Notes under the pieces: generated by a model
What the model was told of the DNA's origin: nothing
Seen by the model: only the letters and a program-made list of their open reading frames with translations
Databases searched by the model: none
Shown here: one piece after another, positions 23,337 to 37,003 of the stretch
Layout of the letters: each line of letters starts with the position of its first letter
Numbering within the stretch: the first letter of the stretch is position 1
Position numbers and translations under genes: made by a program
Assembly (NCBI GenBank): GCA_904063045.1
Contig: CAJFCJ010000004.1
Coordinates: forward strand, 1,791,713 to 1,855,712
Direction of reading: 5' to 3'
Origin: Dimorphilus gyrociliatus
Lineage: Eukaryota > Animalia > Annelida
DNA length: 64,000 bases

Positions 23337-26300
23337 TCAGTCTTCCTTGTCTTCTTTCCATTTTTCTTCTTCTTCTCTTTTTTTATCGGGTAGTAATTGG
23401 TTTCTCATACCACCTAGAACATTCGACGTTGCCTCTGGTATAAAGATAAATGGTTGTATTGCTGTAGGAGGTAACTCTCTCAATACTGCACCAACAGCAC
23501 CAGTAACACCTTTTTGTTCGTGCTCCCTTTTTGCACTACCATATATATTTTTTGCAGTCCCTTTAATGCCATCCGTTAGAACGTGATATGCGTTAGCAAC
23601 ACCTTCTCTTACATCGGCTGGCTGTGTGCGACGGCGTCTTTTTCTTTTTTTACTATATCTAACACTTGGACCAGGGGTTACTAAATCATACGTCATTTCC
23701 GCGGCTGATTGAACAACTCCAATTAGTCGATTTGTCAGCTCTAAGGCAGCCATAGCTGTACCAGTTGTAAATGAATAAGTTCCTCGTCTAATACCTTCGA
23801 TTATTCTTCCATCTTTTTGAAATTGCTCAACTGGAAGACAGAAGAGATCTCGAACCCCTTTGACTAGGTAAAAAATGACTGGTTTTAGTTCTTATCTTAC
23901 TATATATGACTCTAATAAAACTTACATATATGGATAAAAGCATTCAAGGGTCCTACTCCTCCAATTAGAGCAGGTAATTGAGACTTTTTGATATCTTGCA
24001 GCCATTCTCTGCAAGCGTATTCCACAATCTTCTCAATTCCCTTCAGTCCTGCCTTATAGTGTAGACTTTTGAGTCTAATTTCGCTGTTATTCAAGTTGGC
24101 TAAACCGACAAGCACTCCAGCCAAAGGTCCTTGTTCCATATCTATCCTCTTCCCTTGATAATCAATTTTGACGATAACTGGTCCACTAAAGAGGAATGAT
24201 CTAAGAAGAAAACGATTTTTTGCAATAATATGAAATTAAATACTAAATTTCACCTGAAAAAGATTGGCTTTGAACTGCATTCATCGCTTAGCACTGACGC
24301 CTTATCGTCTTGCATAGTACCTTCTATTTCATCGAACATTATCATTAAATCTGATTCGTTCGGTCCACCAGGTGGTGTTCCTCCAACGGTCATAATAGGA
24401 GTTTTATCTGGTGGTGTTCCCTTTGGATATGGTTCTATTTTACTCTCTGTTGGATTATTTGCTACTTCACGAAAGAAACTTAGCAAGAAAAACAGAGCAT
24501 CCTGATCAATATTTAGTCGAAGGGGAAGAAGAGAGATTTTTAAAGAACACTCCTGAGTCGGATCATTAGGATCAGGACGATCAAACAAAGCCTTTATTGC
24601 TATCTGTATAGTTCAAAATTTTAACATATTTATGTAGCTTGACGAAAAAATATTTACCATATTTCCATTTGATGGTTTAGGTCTGTCCTGTGTTGTGTGT
24701 AGATATAAGAACTTATTGAAATTTGAATATTCCAATCTATCCCGAATTTCAAATTCATCCACAAGGAGTATATAGCGTGCAGCTTGTACTTTATTTTCTG
24801 GATAGCTTTCACTCCTAAACCTTACTTTATTCAAATGGAACTCCATTAAAATATCATGCTTTCGACGACATCCTCCAGCTGCTTGCCAATTCATAGAATT
24901 TTGATTATTACGGTATTTTTTCTTGCAAACATACGACTGAGGAGTTTTCCACTTTGAAGCTAAAGTTATTTGTTAAGGTTTTCTTTTAACTTATCATCCA
25001 ATGTACAATATATTCAAAAAACTAACTAACCTGGTATGTACTCCGAAGCAAAATCCCTTCCCCCATATAAATACCACACAATAGAAATATCTCGTATTGT
25101 AAAACGAGATAGAGGATTAGGGAAATCATCCGGAGCGTCTAAAGCATCTCTCTGTCCGTCTGGTGTATCGAAGTGATCTTCAACAAACTCTATCGGGGAT
25201 TCTGACAGAACTTTAACATTATTAATAACGTCCCGAGCATCCTGAACGTGAAAAGATGTATAATTTTAATAAAAGTCAAATGCAGTCCTTTACTACTTTT
25301 TCACGAAACTAACCCTGGCTTTGGCCTCTCTCGTTTTCAATGTACAGAAACCATCAGATGTTTCTGTATGATCTACACTTTGTCGGGAAGTTTTCTTTTC
25401 AGCAGCTTTCATTTCTTCATTCATTAAACCAACGTCCAAACTAGCGTTCATTAATTCTCTTGCTAAATCATCACCAGAATGAGAGGTTTCCAAGTTCCCC
25501 GTTAAATCATGTTCCATAGAAAATATTGAAGTTTCTGCGTAATTTGTTAAAAACTGATGAAAGAAGCTCGAATGTAGAATACGCTACAAAACTTACCACT
25601 TTCCAACGGACAAGAAAGCCTCCTCGCCTCGATTTCTTTTTCGTTATCACTGTCTTCTTCCTTAATAGCGTCAGCCATTAAATCTCTTAATTCAACCATA
25701 TCTTCTTCAGAAATATCTGGGGTCGACTTCTTTGATACAACAGTATTATTAGATTGTGTCATCTGAAAACGAAGAAAATATATTATTGCACAGAATACTT
25801 ATTATCATTATTAAATTACTTCTGAAAAAGTATCATCGGGATCAAGATCATATTCCATAGCAAAATACTGAATTATATCGGTGAGAGCTCGAAACGAATC
25901 TGCACAAGTTCTCAACCGAATCAAATTATTACTTATCCGTAAATCAAAAGGAGGATATTTCTAAAAGAGTACAAATATGTTTATAGTTTGCCTAAAATAT
26001 TAAAAATTTGATATTTCATCTAAAATATAGTTACGTACCGAAGTAGTATTTTTATGCATACGAATAATAAGTTCCAGCATCCCAATATCTAATACGCAAG
26101 TGTAATCTATAATTGAAAAAGATAAAAATAGACTTTTCAATAGTTAAATATAGTATGCTAAGTAAGAAACGGTTTACTTACTATTCTGTAAGTTAACAGA
26201 TACTTCTTTACATCTGTCGGATAATAGCAAAGCACCATCTTGAATAATAAATCTCATAGAAGTGCCGTAAGATTCGGCAATGATGTTGCTTGAGAATGAG

Positions 26301-29300
26301 AATGATTCCAATGTGATAAATGCTCTTAAGGGAAGGGAAAGCGGTCTATAATCTATACCACAATTCCAAACGTGGATATGAGTTTCAGATACAACGTTTG
26401 GAGGAACATAACCATATATATCTATATCTTTCAAACTTAAAAAATCCATTAATTGCGTTATCCACCAATTTTCGGAAGTTACAACACGATGACGAAGAGT
26501 AGACCCCTATATAATATATTATTTTATCAATCTTAGAGTATATATGATTTGATTTCAGACAAAGAATTTACCTTTATGCCAACAGATGTCAAAACATCTT
26601 TAACATTTCTTGTCGGGTCAAGGCATATCTTAACAGCAACAACAACTTGATTGTCAACCAGGTCACCGTCACACTGATTTATTTTTAGATTAGAACACTC
26701 CAATATATTCGTTTCAGACAGGAATATAGTATTCAATAACTCAGGCGAAGCTTCAGTATATATAGAGACTCTACTCTTTTCTAATTCGTTATTTTCAAGA
26801 ACTATGAATATATAATTGTAATAATTTTATCAGCATCTTGTCTATAGTTTTATATTTACCATTATGCGAAAGATTTGCTCTATGTGCAGAAAAGAACATA
26901 AAATCCAAATTTGCATCTCCTCCAAAAGCGGAAGTAAGAAAGAATGTTGCGTCTTCCATAGATATTTGAAATTGTCCAAAATGTTGGGTATCATTCTAAA
27001 ATAAATAATTAGTTTAGTAAGAATAGTAATATTAATGTGAATAATAATTACCTCAATATCGCAAAAACCTATCAAATTTCCCTTATTGATGTTTATTGTT
27101 ACACACAAGTTGTTTTGTTTACAAGATTTTCTAGTTCTACTTTTATGCTCATCCAAAGTAGGAAGTGATTCTTCTGAATCACTTGAACTTGCATTGTCCA
27201 TCGAGAAAAAGTTATCTCTACTGGAAAGAGGATATATAGAATTATATTGGTATTGATGAGTTGTTGAAAAATCTCGTTTATCATCCTCGAAAGCTTGTTT
27301 GTCTATTATCTCAATAGGTGTTGTTTGCCACATAAGTAAATCGTTAATAAATCTATTGTAAATTTCTTCAAACAGGTCTTTGGATGGAAAAAATATTGCA
27401 ACTTGAGATAAATCCAACTCAATACTCATTTGGGTATTAGATTTGGCTACATATTCGAAAGCACTTAGTTCCTTCTTATTTCCAGGTATTATCATCTAAA
27501 ATAATTTATTTAATACAAGAATATTAATATGCTTTTATCGTTGTTGATCTCCAATCAAACAAACCTCCTCATTCTCAAATAAACTCCTCTTTGTTGAGAA
27601 CGGTGATGGATCCCTCTGTGAGAACTTACAAAATTCTTCTTTATAGGAATTGGGTGTTGAATCTTCGCTTTCTTCTTCGGATTCAACGAGGGAATTTGAT
27701 TGTTTCGAGTAGAATTTTAAAATAATTCTATAGATGTTCAATGTGTATAGTGTTTACATAGTTATAAATACTTATTGTCTTTCTTACTTTGAATAGTTAA
27801 AGCCTTCATCACCATATATCCTTAAAAAATTAACATCCTTGAAGGAGACTGTTTAACGACAGTTAAATCTATAGAATATTTAAATAATTGCAATAAACTT
27901 ATTAACCTAAAGCTTCTCTAGTAATAATTTCTATTTTAGACTCAGTCGTGCCACTGGTCATAGAAGATAAAATACTCAAATCAGTTAAATATATATTAAA
28001 ATGATCTTCTCGTAAAGACTTCCTCCACCAAGGCAGTTTTTCAGGACACTGGGAGGGTCGAAGATCAGCAATTGGAAATCTATAAATAGAGGTGTTGATA
28101 TAAAAGAATATATAAAAGATAATTAAACAATAAGCTTTTATACTTAAGAACTAGTTCAACACTTGGACAAGACAATTCGAAGTCGATTTGTAAATCAGAT
28201 GAAGTTTCTGCAAATACTTCCTCAACGACTGCAGTACACTATAATAACGTAATACAGATATTGATTTAAAAAAATGAATTAATATTCGCATTAAATTCAG
28301 TTAAAATTCTAAAAGAACAAAGGCATCTTTACATTATTTTCAATGTCCTCTTCAAAATTTGATCTTTTATCAGATAGAGTTTGCATGTTAAGCAAGTAGC
28401 GAATTCTATCAATTAAACTTATATCAATTTCGGATGTAAAAGGAGCCATATCAATTTTAATCTATAATTAAAGCAGATTTTAGACTTTATTTCTAAGTTG
28501 AGTGTAGTTTTTATTTAAATTAGCCAAACCTGGGTTTTAGGAATACTAAAATTTTTAACTTTTTCCGTCTTTTCTGCATGTTGGATTTTCATTTTAAAGC
28601 ATGCTTTTTTGGTTGAAGCTTCTTTAAAATTAATTAGCTAAAAGTATCAAGGTTTTTACTCAGTAACACCTTAGTTTATTAAAATATATGTACCTCCAGA
28701 ACATCAGGTGTATCTGGGTTTACGTGCATAGCAACTCCTCTAACTGTTGGTAGCATGTCTGTTCTCTCGTACAAACATTCAACCAATTCTCCATTACCAA
28801 CAGTTACGTCAATTGCGAGGTTATATGTAGTATCCGTTGTTTGACTAAAATCTATTGTTACCGGTTTCATTACAAGTCTAAAAGCAAGATTGTCAAGTTT
28901 TTCTATTAAAACTAAATTTAAAAGAAATTACTTTGAAATACTTACGATAAATGGTCCATTATGCAAATTCTAGCAAACTCTAATCTTAATTCCTTAAGGT
29001 TTGAATTACTACAAGACCAATTTAGTGTCCTTACTCGACCAAAATATTTTTCTGCAAGAGTTCCAAGTTTTTGCCAGGAAGTAATTTCTGGATCTAATTG
29101 GTCACCCTTTTCTGATGGTGGGTCTTCGTGTAATATTACCATAGTTAATAAGTTTAATTTTATTTTGCTTAACGTTATTTCCGATGAAAAATGCTCATCG
29201 CCTGTTACAATAGAGAGTTTAAAAGCTAATTATATGAAGGTTATACTATCTTATGCTTACGTAATTTATTTCTATCTCTTTTAGGTACATTCGATGAATA

Positions 29301-30926
29301 GTTATAATATCCTGTTGCTAAGGGTCAAATATCATCTTAATAATAAATACCTAGAAAAATTAGAAAATTTATATTTATAAACCTGCTGTAGAAGTTGTTC
29401 TATCGCTTGACATTGAGGAAGACATGTTATTTGAATCCAATTCAAAATAAATACTTTCGCTATCTGGTTGCTCTGCAAATTCCATTGAACTGAAGTCAGC
29501 ATCTCTCCATACTCCGCCGTTTCCTGCCGCACCAGCAATATGATTTCTCATTTTGGCATCGATTACTTGTCTTTCAAGATTTTTCGCACATTCTTCAAAC
29601 TCAGATGTAGTCATCGGCCTATTCTCAAATACATTAGAATTATCACAGGTTCCAGGTGCTAATAATCCGTTAATCAATTCGAGGACTAAATGAACTTGCT
29701 TCGGCGAAAGATACGCATGCATACTACCTACATGGTAATCAATTTGAATCTGCGAATAAAAGGTAATACTGAAGTAACAAGAAATGCTGATCAAATATTT
29801 AAATGAATGTACCTTAGGACCACTTATTTCTTGATTCTGCTTCAATCTGAATATTATTTCTTGCTTGCCAAGGCATTCTAGAATTTGTATTGGTTTGGAG
29901 GATTTATTTAAATTATTGTCCGAATCTAATTTAGGCTGTTGGATTATTGGACTTTCGTCGTAAGAACTTCTGGACATAGTTCTATTACAGTCTAAAAATT
30001 CTTCACAGTATGCGGAAACTCCCATTAAAATGCATTTTTTGGATATTTTTGTTAACATAGTTCTAAAATTTGTTGGATCTTCGTCTACAGAAGATTCTAA
30101 CTGTTCATCAAAGAATTCAAAACGTTTTATATGAATTTCTACAGCTGTTCCTTGTTTAGAAGCTTTAGGTAGATGTTCAATACGTATAAATATATCGGAG
30201 AAGATGACCTTTACTTTGGTAAATACAGATTCCATCATTTGTGATAGACTGTCTACCCCAACAAAAGATTCTGCATTTTCTGCATTTTGCTCAGAAGTTG
30301 CCGGCTCTTGTTTCATATAGTCTTCAGCTAATTGCATACTGGTTGTCATTGAGTTAATCATTTCGTCTAAATGCACATCTGTTAATAGATAAAGATTGAT
30401 ATATATATAAAAGCAATAAAAACAAGCAATCGTTCATATGCTTAAGCTATTATGCAACTAGCAGATAGCCTAGTGACATCTTGGAAATATAAAATATATT
30501 GCTTGTAAGTCTTAAGAATTATCAATACTAACTCATATCTTCTTTTCTTTGTTTCGGTTGAACAATAATGTCCAAATTTTTTATCTCTATCACGCAACTG
30601 TCTTTTAAAATAGCTGACCATGGTACGCTTATTGAAATTAATCCGACATAACCATCAACAAACTCTATAGGAATGTTGTATGAATCTAATGATTCATTTA
30701 TGTTCTGCAATTATGAAATAATGTAAATCTTAAAGAAATTTAGCTTTATTTCACTCACATTGACGTTCAAAGTAACATTTCTTATTTCGCCAGTTCCTTT
30801 GTATAGATTTACGCTCAGCTGGTTGAGCGCAAGTTTTTCTTGAATAAAATCTCCTAGATATCGGTTCAAAAGATATCGACATAGTCTTTTTTTAACGTTT
30901 TCCGAAAACGGTGAAAACCATGACAT
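23337..30926 (-). CDS. ATG2: Autophagy-related protein 2, multi-exon
   Basis: Chorein-N start MSWFSPFSENVKKRLCRYLLNRYLG. Internal motifs include LLPLRLNIDQDALFFL, EQGPLAGVLVGLANLN, a LIR-like DGFCTL and the WIPI-binding HF motif. The C-terminal ATG_C region is QPADVREGVANAY...GAVGAVLRELPP. Confidence 0.95.
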
Positions 30927-31020
30927 CTCTACTGCTGATTAATTATGCAATTATCGTTAAAAGTTAAAAGTAAATTGCGTTGTTTACATGATTGTTCTGA
31001 TTTTCTTCCATGTTTTGGTA

Positions 31021-31028
31021 TGACGTCA
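31021..31028. promoter_or_regulatory. Perfect CRE palindrome TGACGTCA in the ATG2/caspase divergent promoter
   Basis: Exact CREB/ATF consensus, 95 bp upstream of the ATG2 ATG. Confidence 0.5.
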
Positions 31029-31298
31029 GGGGTATTCCTAAAATCTCTTTTGAGGAAATCTACTAGAACTCAGAATTAAAAATGGCGATTCTATGTCTGC
31101 CATACTTAAATTTTTTTAAAATAGTTACGTTATGTTGTTCTTATGTTTTTGTAAATACAGGGATGGTACAGTATACCAAGATGATGAACGTTTATCCTAA
31201 ATTGTAGTCGATTAACAACCACTTTTTATTTGGCGGCTGAACGCAGGAGCTATCAGGCTTACATAAATTTATCCTTAAAAACATATCAATTACTTTAG

Positions 31299-32501
31299 AT
31301 GAAAGCGACAAGGGGTTCTAGATCTCAAAAAAGAAATGGGGAAATTCAACTACGGGTAATTTATTTGGCGATGTTTTAGCTAAACCTCGATTTGCGTTAC
31401 GCTAGATATTAATAATGTATTCATCTTCAACAGGTAATATCTGAGAAGCATCTTAAGTTTTTAGATTCAAATGCATCTCGTCTGAAGCAAATAATCGACT
31501 TTGATGATAACCTTTTGGATTGTTTACGGGCTAACAAAGTCTTCACAGTTACGCAACTGGAAGATTTAGAACATTCTTCTTCTCATAAACCTTCTCGATT
31601 CACAACTGGCATAGCTATAAAATATTTAAGAAAAAGGCCCGATCACTGCTTTAGACTATTCTTCCAATCTCTGAAAGAAGCCGATCAGCAACATATAGTT
31701 TCGAGTCTAGAATTGGATGAAGAAATCGAATATTCCAAAGAGAAAGAGTCAAAAGATAACTCTGAAGTATGCACTCCAGATTTTTACTGGAAAGTAAAGG
31801 AAAAATCATATCATATAGATTTAAATAGCCGTCATAGGGGTGAAGGACTTATTTTCAACGTACAGCAAGGAAGATTCGGAACCAATATAGATCGCGATAA
31901 ACTAAAAACAGCCCTTGACTATCTTGGCTTTAAATTAACTATATACAATGATGCTGATGGTCTACAATCTTCGGAAATGGAGGAAAAACTCAAAAATTTT
32001 GTCAAGACGACTGCAGCAGGGCCGATTGTGTTCATTATATTCTTAGCTCATGGAGATGATTCTGGAGTGATGGGAACAGATGGAACTTTTCTTACGGACA
32101 AAAGAATTATTAACTGCTTGAATAATATTAACGCACCACATCTCTTAAATATTCCAAAGCTTTTACTATTCCAAAGGTGTAGAACATCGCTAAACTGCTT
32201 CAGCGAATCTCCTGACTCAAATCTACCGGTGTGGACTGATTATTGCATATGCTGGAGTACGCAAGACGGCAGAGAAGCTTGGAGAACTGGAGAAGGGTCA
32301 TATTATATTGACGCATTTTGTACTATTTTAATTAGATTTGGAAGTGTAAGGAGTCTCAACGAAATTCTAAATTTGGTTAATGAAAGACTGAAGATGAAGA
32401 AGTTTTTAAGACCGAATACAAATGAACAAATGAGCGAATTTACAAGCGGTTTAGACAAAGATTTATATTTTTTTCCGAATTTAATTTCTGATCAATTATA
32501 G
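31299..32501 (+). CDS. CARD-containing initiator-type caspase with variant active site QRCRT
   Basis: Exon 31299-31355 (MKATRGSRSQKRNGEIQLR|GTAATT) joins in phase 0 to exon 31434-32501. This extends the listed TTG ORF to a full CARD (VISEKHLKFLDSNASRLKQIIDFDDNLLDCL...). The caspase domain has RFGT, AHG, QRCRT and AWR. Confidence 0.85.
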
Positions 32502-33130
32502 TAATGGTTTGTTATTGTTATTGTTTTTTTAATGATTTATCAATCGTGCCATTGTATAGTAAAAAATCAGTCTATTTGGTTTGTTTTATATTTGTAGCTC
32601 GGCAAGTTATTTTTTATTTTTAGTTATATCTTTTTTTATTAACGAAGTTTATTAATTTTATGCTGAAAATTTTTAATAAACATTACTGTCTAATTTTAGA
32701 TATGAGCGGGAAAAGCTTCATCTCTTATGACTATATATGGTTATGTCGGCCATTTTTGATCGCCCACTCGAAATATTTTTAGCTTTAGTAAGACATCTTA
32801 AATTTCGTTAACTCTCGTTTACGAGTCTTCGCCTGCGAGATTTCGTTCTCGCAAAGGATTTTTGGGTAAAGTGAGTGTTCATGGGAATCTTGCAGCCGGC
32901 TATTGCCTAATCTTTTAAAGTGACAAATATAACTTGATCTTTATTAATAATAATTCTTATTGATGTATTTATTCATTAAACAATAATTAAAAAAGCCATT
33001 TTCATTTCATAATATACTGATGCATATAACTGTTTCCTCTTAGTTGTACAAAAAATGCAATAGTACATAAATACTGCAAGTTTCTTTTTTTTGGAAACAA
33101 GAAATTGCAAAGATGCTTTTTAAAATAGGC

Positions 33131-35127
33131 ATGGATTATCTTAAAGAAGAAACCGAGATATCAGTGGAAGACAAAATTGAGATTGAAAATAATATAGACG
33201 AACAAGTTACCGTACAACCACTAACAATTCAAGGAGCTCATATAGTTTCTTCCCTCCCGCCAATGAAAAGTTTGTATTTAATATTTAATTGAGAAATATA
33301 TGGTTTTGTTATTGTTTTGCTTTTTTAAGTTCATGCAAAAGATCTGGCTAAGTTAAATCAAATACCCACAATACATTTATCGGATGGAAGCGGTAATACA
33401 TTTGGACTTTTGGAAGCTGGATGTAAGTCGTGTATATATAAACATATATATGTATATATTTAAATATAATGTATATGGTAAATTTATGAATTAAATATAA
33501 ATATTCACACATAATAATATATAGATATATATACTCTATTTTCTTTTTAGCTTTAACCGATACCCAAAGTTTTCTCTCAACTTCTGACTCAAACTCATTA
33601 TTAGGCATCAATTTAGATGGCGAAGTGCTGTCTCTTAATACCGATGTTAGTATAGTTTGATTCATAATATTTACAAACATTATTAATAATCTTCTTTCAA
33701 TCTAGAGTACAGAGTATAATCCACAATATGATACCGTTAGAATTTTATCAACGTCTGATAAATCAGAAACTTCAAATCAAATATCTACAACAGCTTCGCA
33801 GGCTCCCCCTATGATCCAGCAAAAAACTGTACCAATTCCTGCTATATCTAAGGTTACTCATTGAAGAATTTTAAAGAACGTATCTTTAATAACAACAATA
33901 TTTTTTTGATAGGTTGATTCACATACGTCTTCGTCTAGTCCAAAAAAGTCGCAGACATCGGAAAAAATGTACAAGTGTCCCTTTCCAAATTGCAATCGTT
34001 TGTATAGCGCTCCTCATCATTTAAAAGTTCATGAGAGAATTCATACTGGTGACAAGCCTTATCGTTGTACATATGAAGATTGTTTAAAATCTTTTGCAAC
34101 GTCTTACGCTCTCAAATCTCACTTAAGAGTTCATACTGGTGAAAAACCGTACAAGTGTTCATTTGATAGCTGCAGTAAGGCGTTCAAAACGTCTGGAGAT
34201 TTACAAAAACATACTAGAACTCATACAGGTATATAATTTATAAAACTATCTTTTGTCATCATAGTTTTATGACGTAATTACAGGGGAAAGGCCTTTTAAG
34301 TGCCCTTTCGAAGACTGTAATAGATCATTTACTACATCGAACATCAGAAAGGTTCACATTCGAACTCATACTGGCGAAAGACCTTACGTCTGTACGGAAG
34401 AAAATTGTGGTAGAGCGTTTGCCTCTGCGACTAATTATAAAAATCATATGAGGATACATACGGGCGAAAAACCGTACGTTTGCCACGTTCCAGATTGTGG
34501 AAAGAAATTTACAGAATATTCTAGCCTATTTAAGCACAACGTCGTTCATACTCAACAAAAACCTTATGCTTGCCACGACTGTGGTAAAACCTATCGACAA
34601 ACATCAACATTGGCTATGCACAAAAGAACAGCCCACAATGATGAAGGACCCATTTCCATGCAAACATATATGATAGGTATAAGATTTCATTTTATTAAAA
34701 TCAAACAGTAATACAATTAAAGATATTCTCTGTAGATGAATTAGTAAATTCTGGAAAGAAATCACCACCTCCAAAAGCCGATAAGGAGCAAAATTCGACC
34801 AAAGCTGTTGTTCCAAATATATCATTCCTATCAGCCGAACAAGCTGCCGAAGCTGTGGCAGCAGGTGGGGCATTCCTAGTTACCCAAACTCCCTCCGCTT
34901 CGAATATACACCCGGTTTTCGTTCGAGTACCCTCCGATAATGGAAACGAACAATATAAACAAGTGCAAACAGCAGACAGCACACAAATTATAATGGTCAG
35001 TGATCCTTCCCATATAGGTGTTTTACAAGACGACGATTCTGGTATGGTGGAAGAAGATGGACAAGTAGAATTACAAATGGTTAGCGGGGAAGACGTTGGC
35101 GTTCTAAGTGAGAATGAGGTTAATTGA
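33131..35127 (+). CDS. ZNF143: Zinc finger protein 143/76 (Staf), 7 C2H2 fingers
   Basis: All seven fingers carry Staf-diagnostic helices: [59 protein letters not shown]. About 8 exons splice in frame from the ATG at 33131. Confidence 0.93.
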
Positions 35128-35373
35128 TATTTCGACTGGTCGAGAGCTTCACTAGTCTTTTTTGTTGTATTGGCTTATTTGTAAATCTTTACGTTTTCAA
35201 ATAATATGTTTTGGTTTTTTTGCATACAAATGTTAATATCATATCTCTACGGAATCTGTATTTTTTTAAATATTATTTAACAATATTGACTTTATTAACC
35301 AAAATTCTTTTTCAAACTGCGTTGACGAATTATTTTGCTTTTAAAATTGCATAACAATTGGAAAATATTTTTT

Positions 35374-35814
35374 TCAAGTAAACAAAAGTAAAAGATTAAG
35401 CGACAAAATTAAAATAACGATTGACGTTGATAAGACTTTAGTAATTGCCAAATTACAATAATCCGAGAGACATCCACAAATCTCTGTACCGCCCACATCT
35501 TCGCAGCCTGCTTTGACAGGAAAAGTAGTTCCACATCCTCTAGTTACAATTTGACTATCTGCAGATTGCGTTTTATTTTTATAATTTATTTTTTATGTCC
35601 AACAAAAGTACTAAAAAATTTTTATTGTCTTACCGCCATTTTCTCTCTTTTGCTTCAAACAACCTATAGTCGAATTGCAAACGTTCGTCTTTGGTCCAGA
35701 GTAGGTATCAACGCATCCTTCGTGCCCTGCTATTCGAGAATCACACTGATAACACTTCAGGAGTACAGCAGAAACAGAGTAGATACTGCAAAAGAGCAGA
35801 AAAACTTTAATCAT
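35374..35814 (-). CDS. Ly6/uPAR three-finger protein (signal peptide, 10 Cys, likely GPI anchor), 2 coding exons
   Basis: MIKVFLLF...LKCYQCDS...ENG|DSQIVTRGCG...ICGCLSDYCN followed by a hydrophobic tail. The intron is at about 35631-35559. Confidence 0.85.
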
Positions 35815-37003
35815 ACTCGATCCTTTAGTCTGACTTGGTTCTAGTAAAATAACAAATACTTTTTTTATGCAGTTTCCCTATACTTTTAAAAACCAGTACA
35901 CTAATAAACTTTTATAAACTATCGTGAGGTTGTCATTCAAGAACGACTTATGATTTATTTTTCAAATAATCTGAATGTATTGATTATTTCAACCGCTTTC
36001 CACATTTCTCAAAGTAATGCCAATAAAAGGGAAATGAAGAATATTACGTTTGTAATAGTAATATTGGCCTATTTCAGAAAATAATCAATATTTATTTCGT
36101 GATTTCATAAATTTTTGTCAATCTTCTATTGTTGTCGGATATTTACGATTCTTTTATTTTTATTGTATGTGGATGGTGTTCAAACAAATCAGAATAAAGT
36201 ACAATAAAACCTAATTTAACAACAAAGAGTTGTATGGAAGTATTTTCTTTTCTTATGTCAAAGGTCAATATAATTACACTTTTTTCCCATACTAGATTTT
36301 CTTTAACAATTATAGTCGTAAATTTTCTCAAAGGATCTACAAATCAAGGTAAATAGAAAGTACAATTAATCAATTTTATTGTCATCTTTATGATAAGTAG
36401 GCGTCAACTAGTTTTCACGACCGGAAATAGTGACCTGACTTTTTGACATGTTATTTTACTTTCATTTAAAAATAATTATAGACTATCGGAGTTATTACGT
36501 AAGATATTTCAAAAAGAGAAAATTGACTATGCTAATTACAAGTCTTTGTTCAACATTGGCATAAAATTCAATAATTTCAATACAACAAAGAGAGTGATTG
36601 AGTGGGAGAAAGACAGAGAGAAAAAGAGAGAGAGAGAGAGAAAGAAAAGGCAACAAATTTATTAACAATAAAGCTGTATTTATTTTTTTTAAATATCACC
36701 AAACATAGGAATCCTTTGAAATATTCATTTTTCCAATGTCAATAAATTCCATTTCCTCTTTTAAACAAATCTATATAATTATTCTTTTTTTTGTTTTTGT
36801 TTTTATATATTTTATACTGAAGTTTATCTTTCCATTATTTTTTATTTTAGGAAGAAAAAAGTGTAAAAATTGTGATAAAAAGCAACTTTTTAAAAAATAT
36901 AGATAATTGTAAAAGTTGTAAAACAAACACTTAAAAAAATATTGTCACGTATATTATATAACAAAAAGATATCATAATCCTGTTTATATTTTGTGTTTGT
37001 CTT

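Noticed and set aside
25167-25175. ATG2 WIPI-binding motif reads HFD rather than human YFS
   Set aside because: The motif is known as H/Y-F, so this is ordinary variation.
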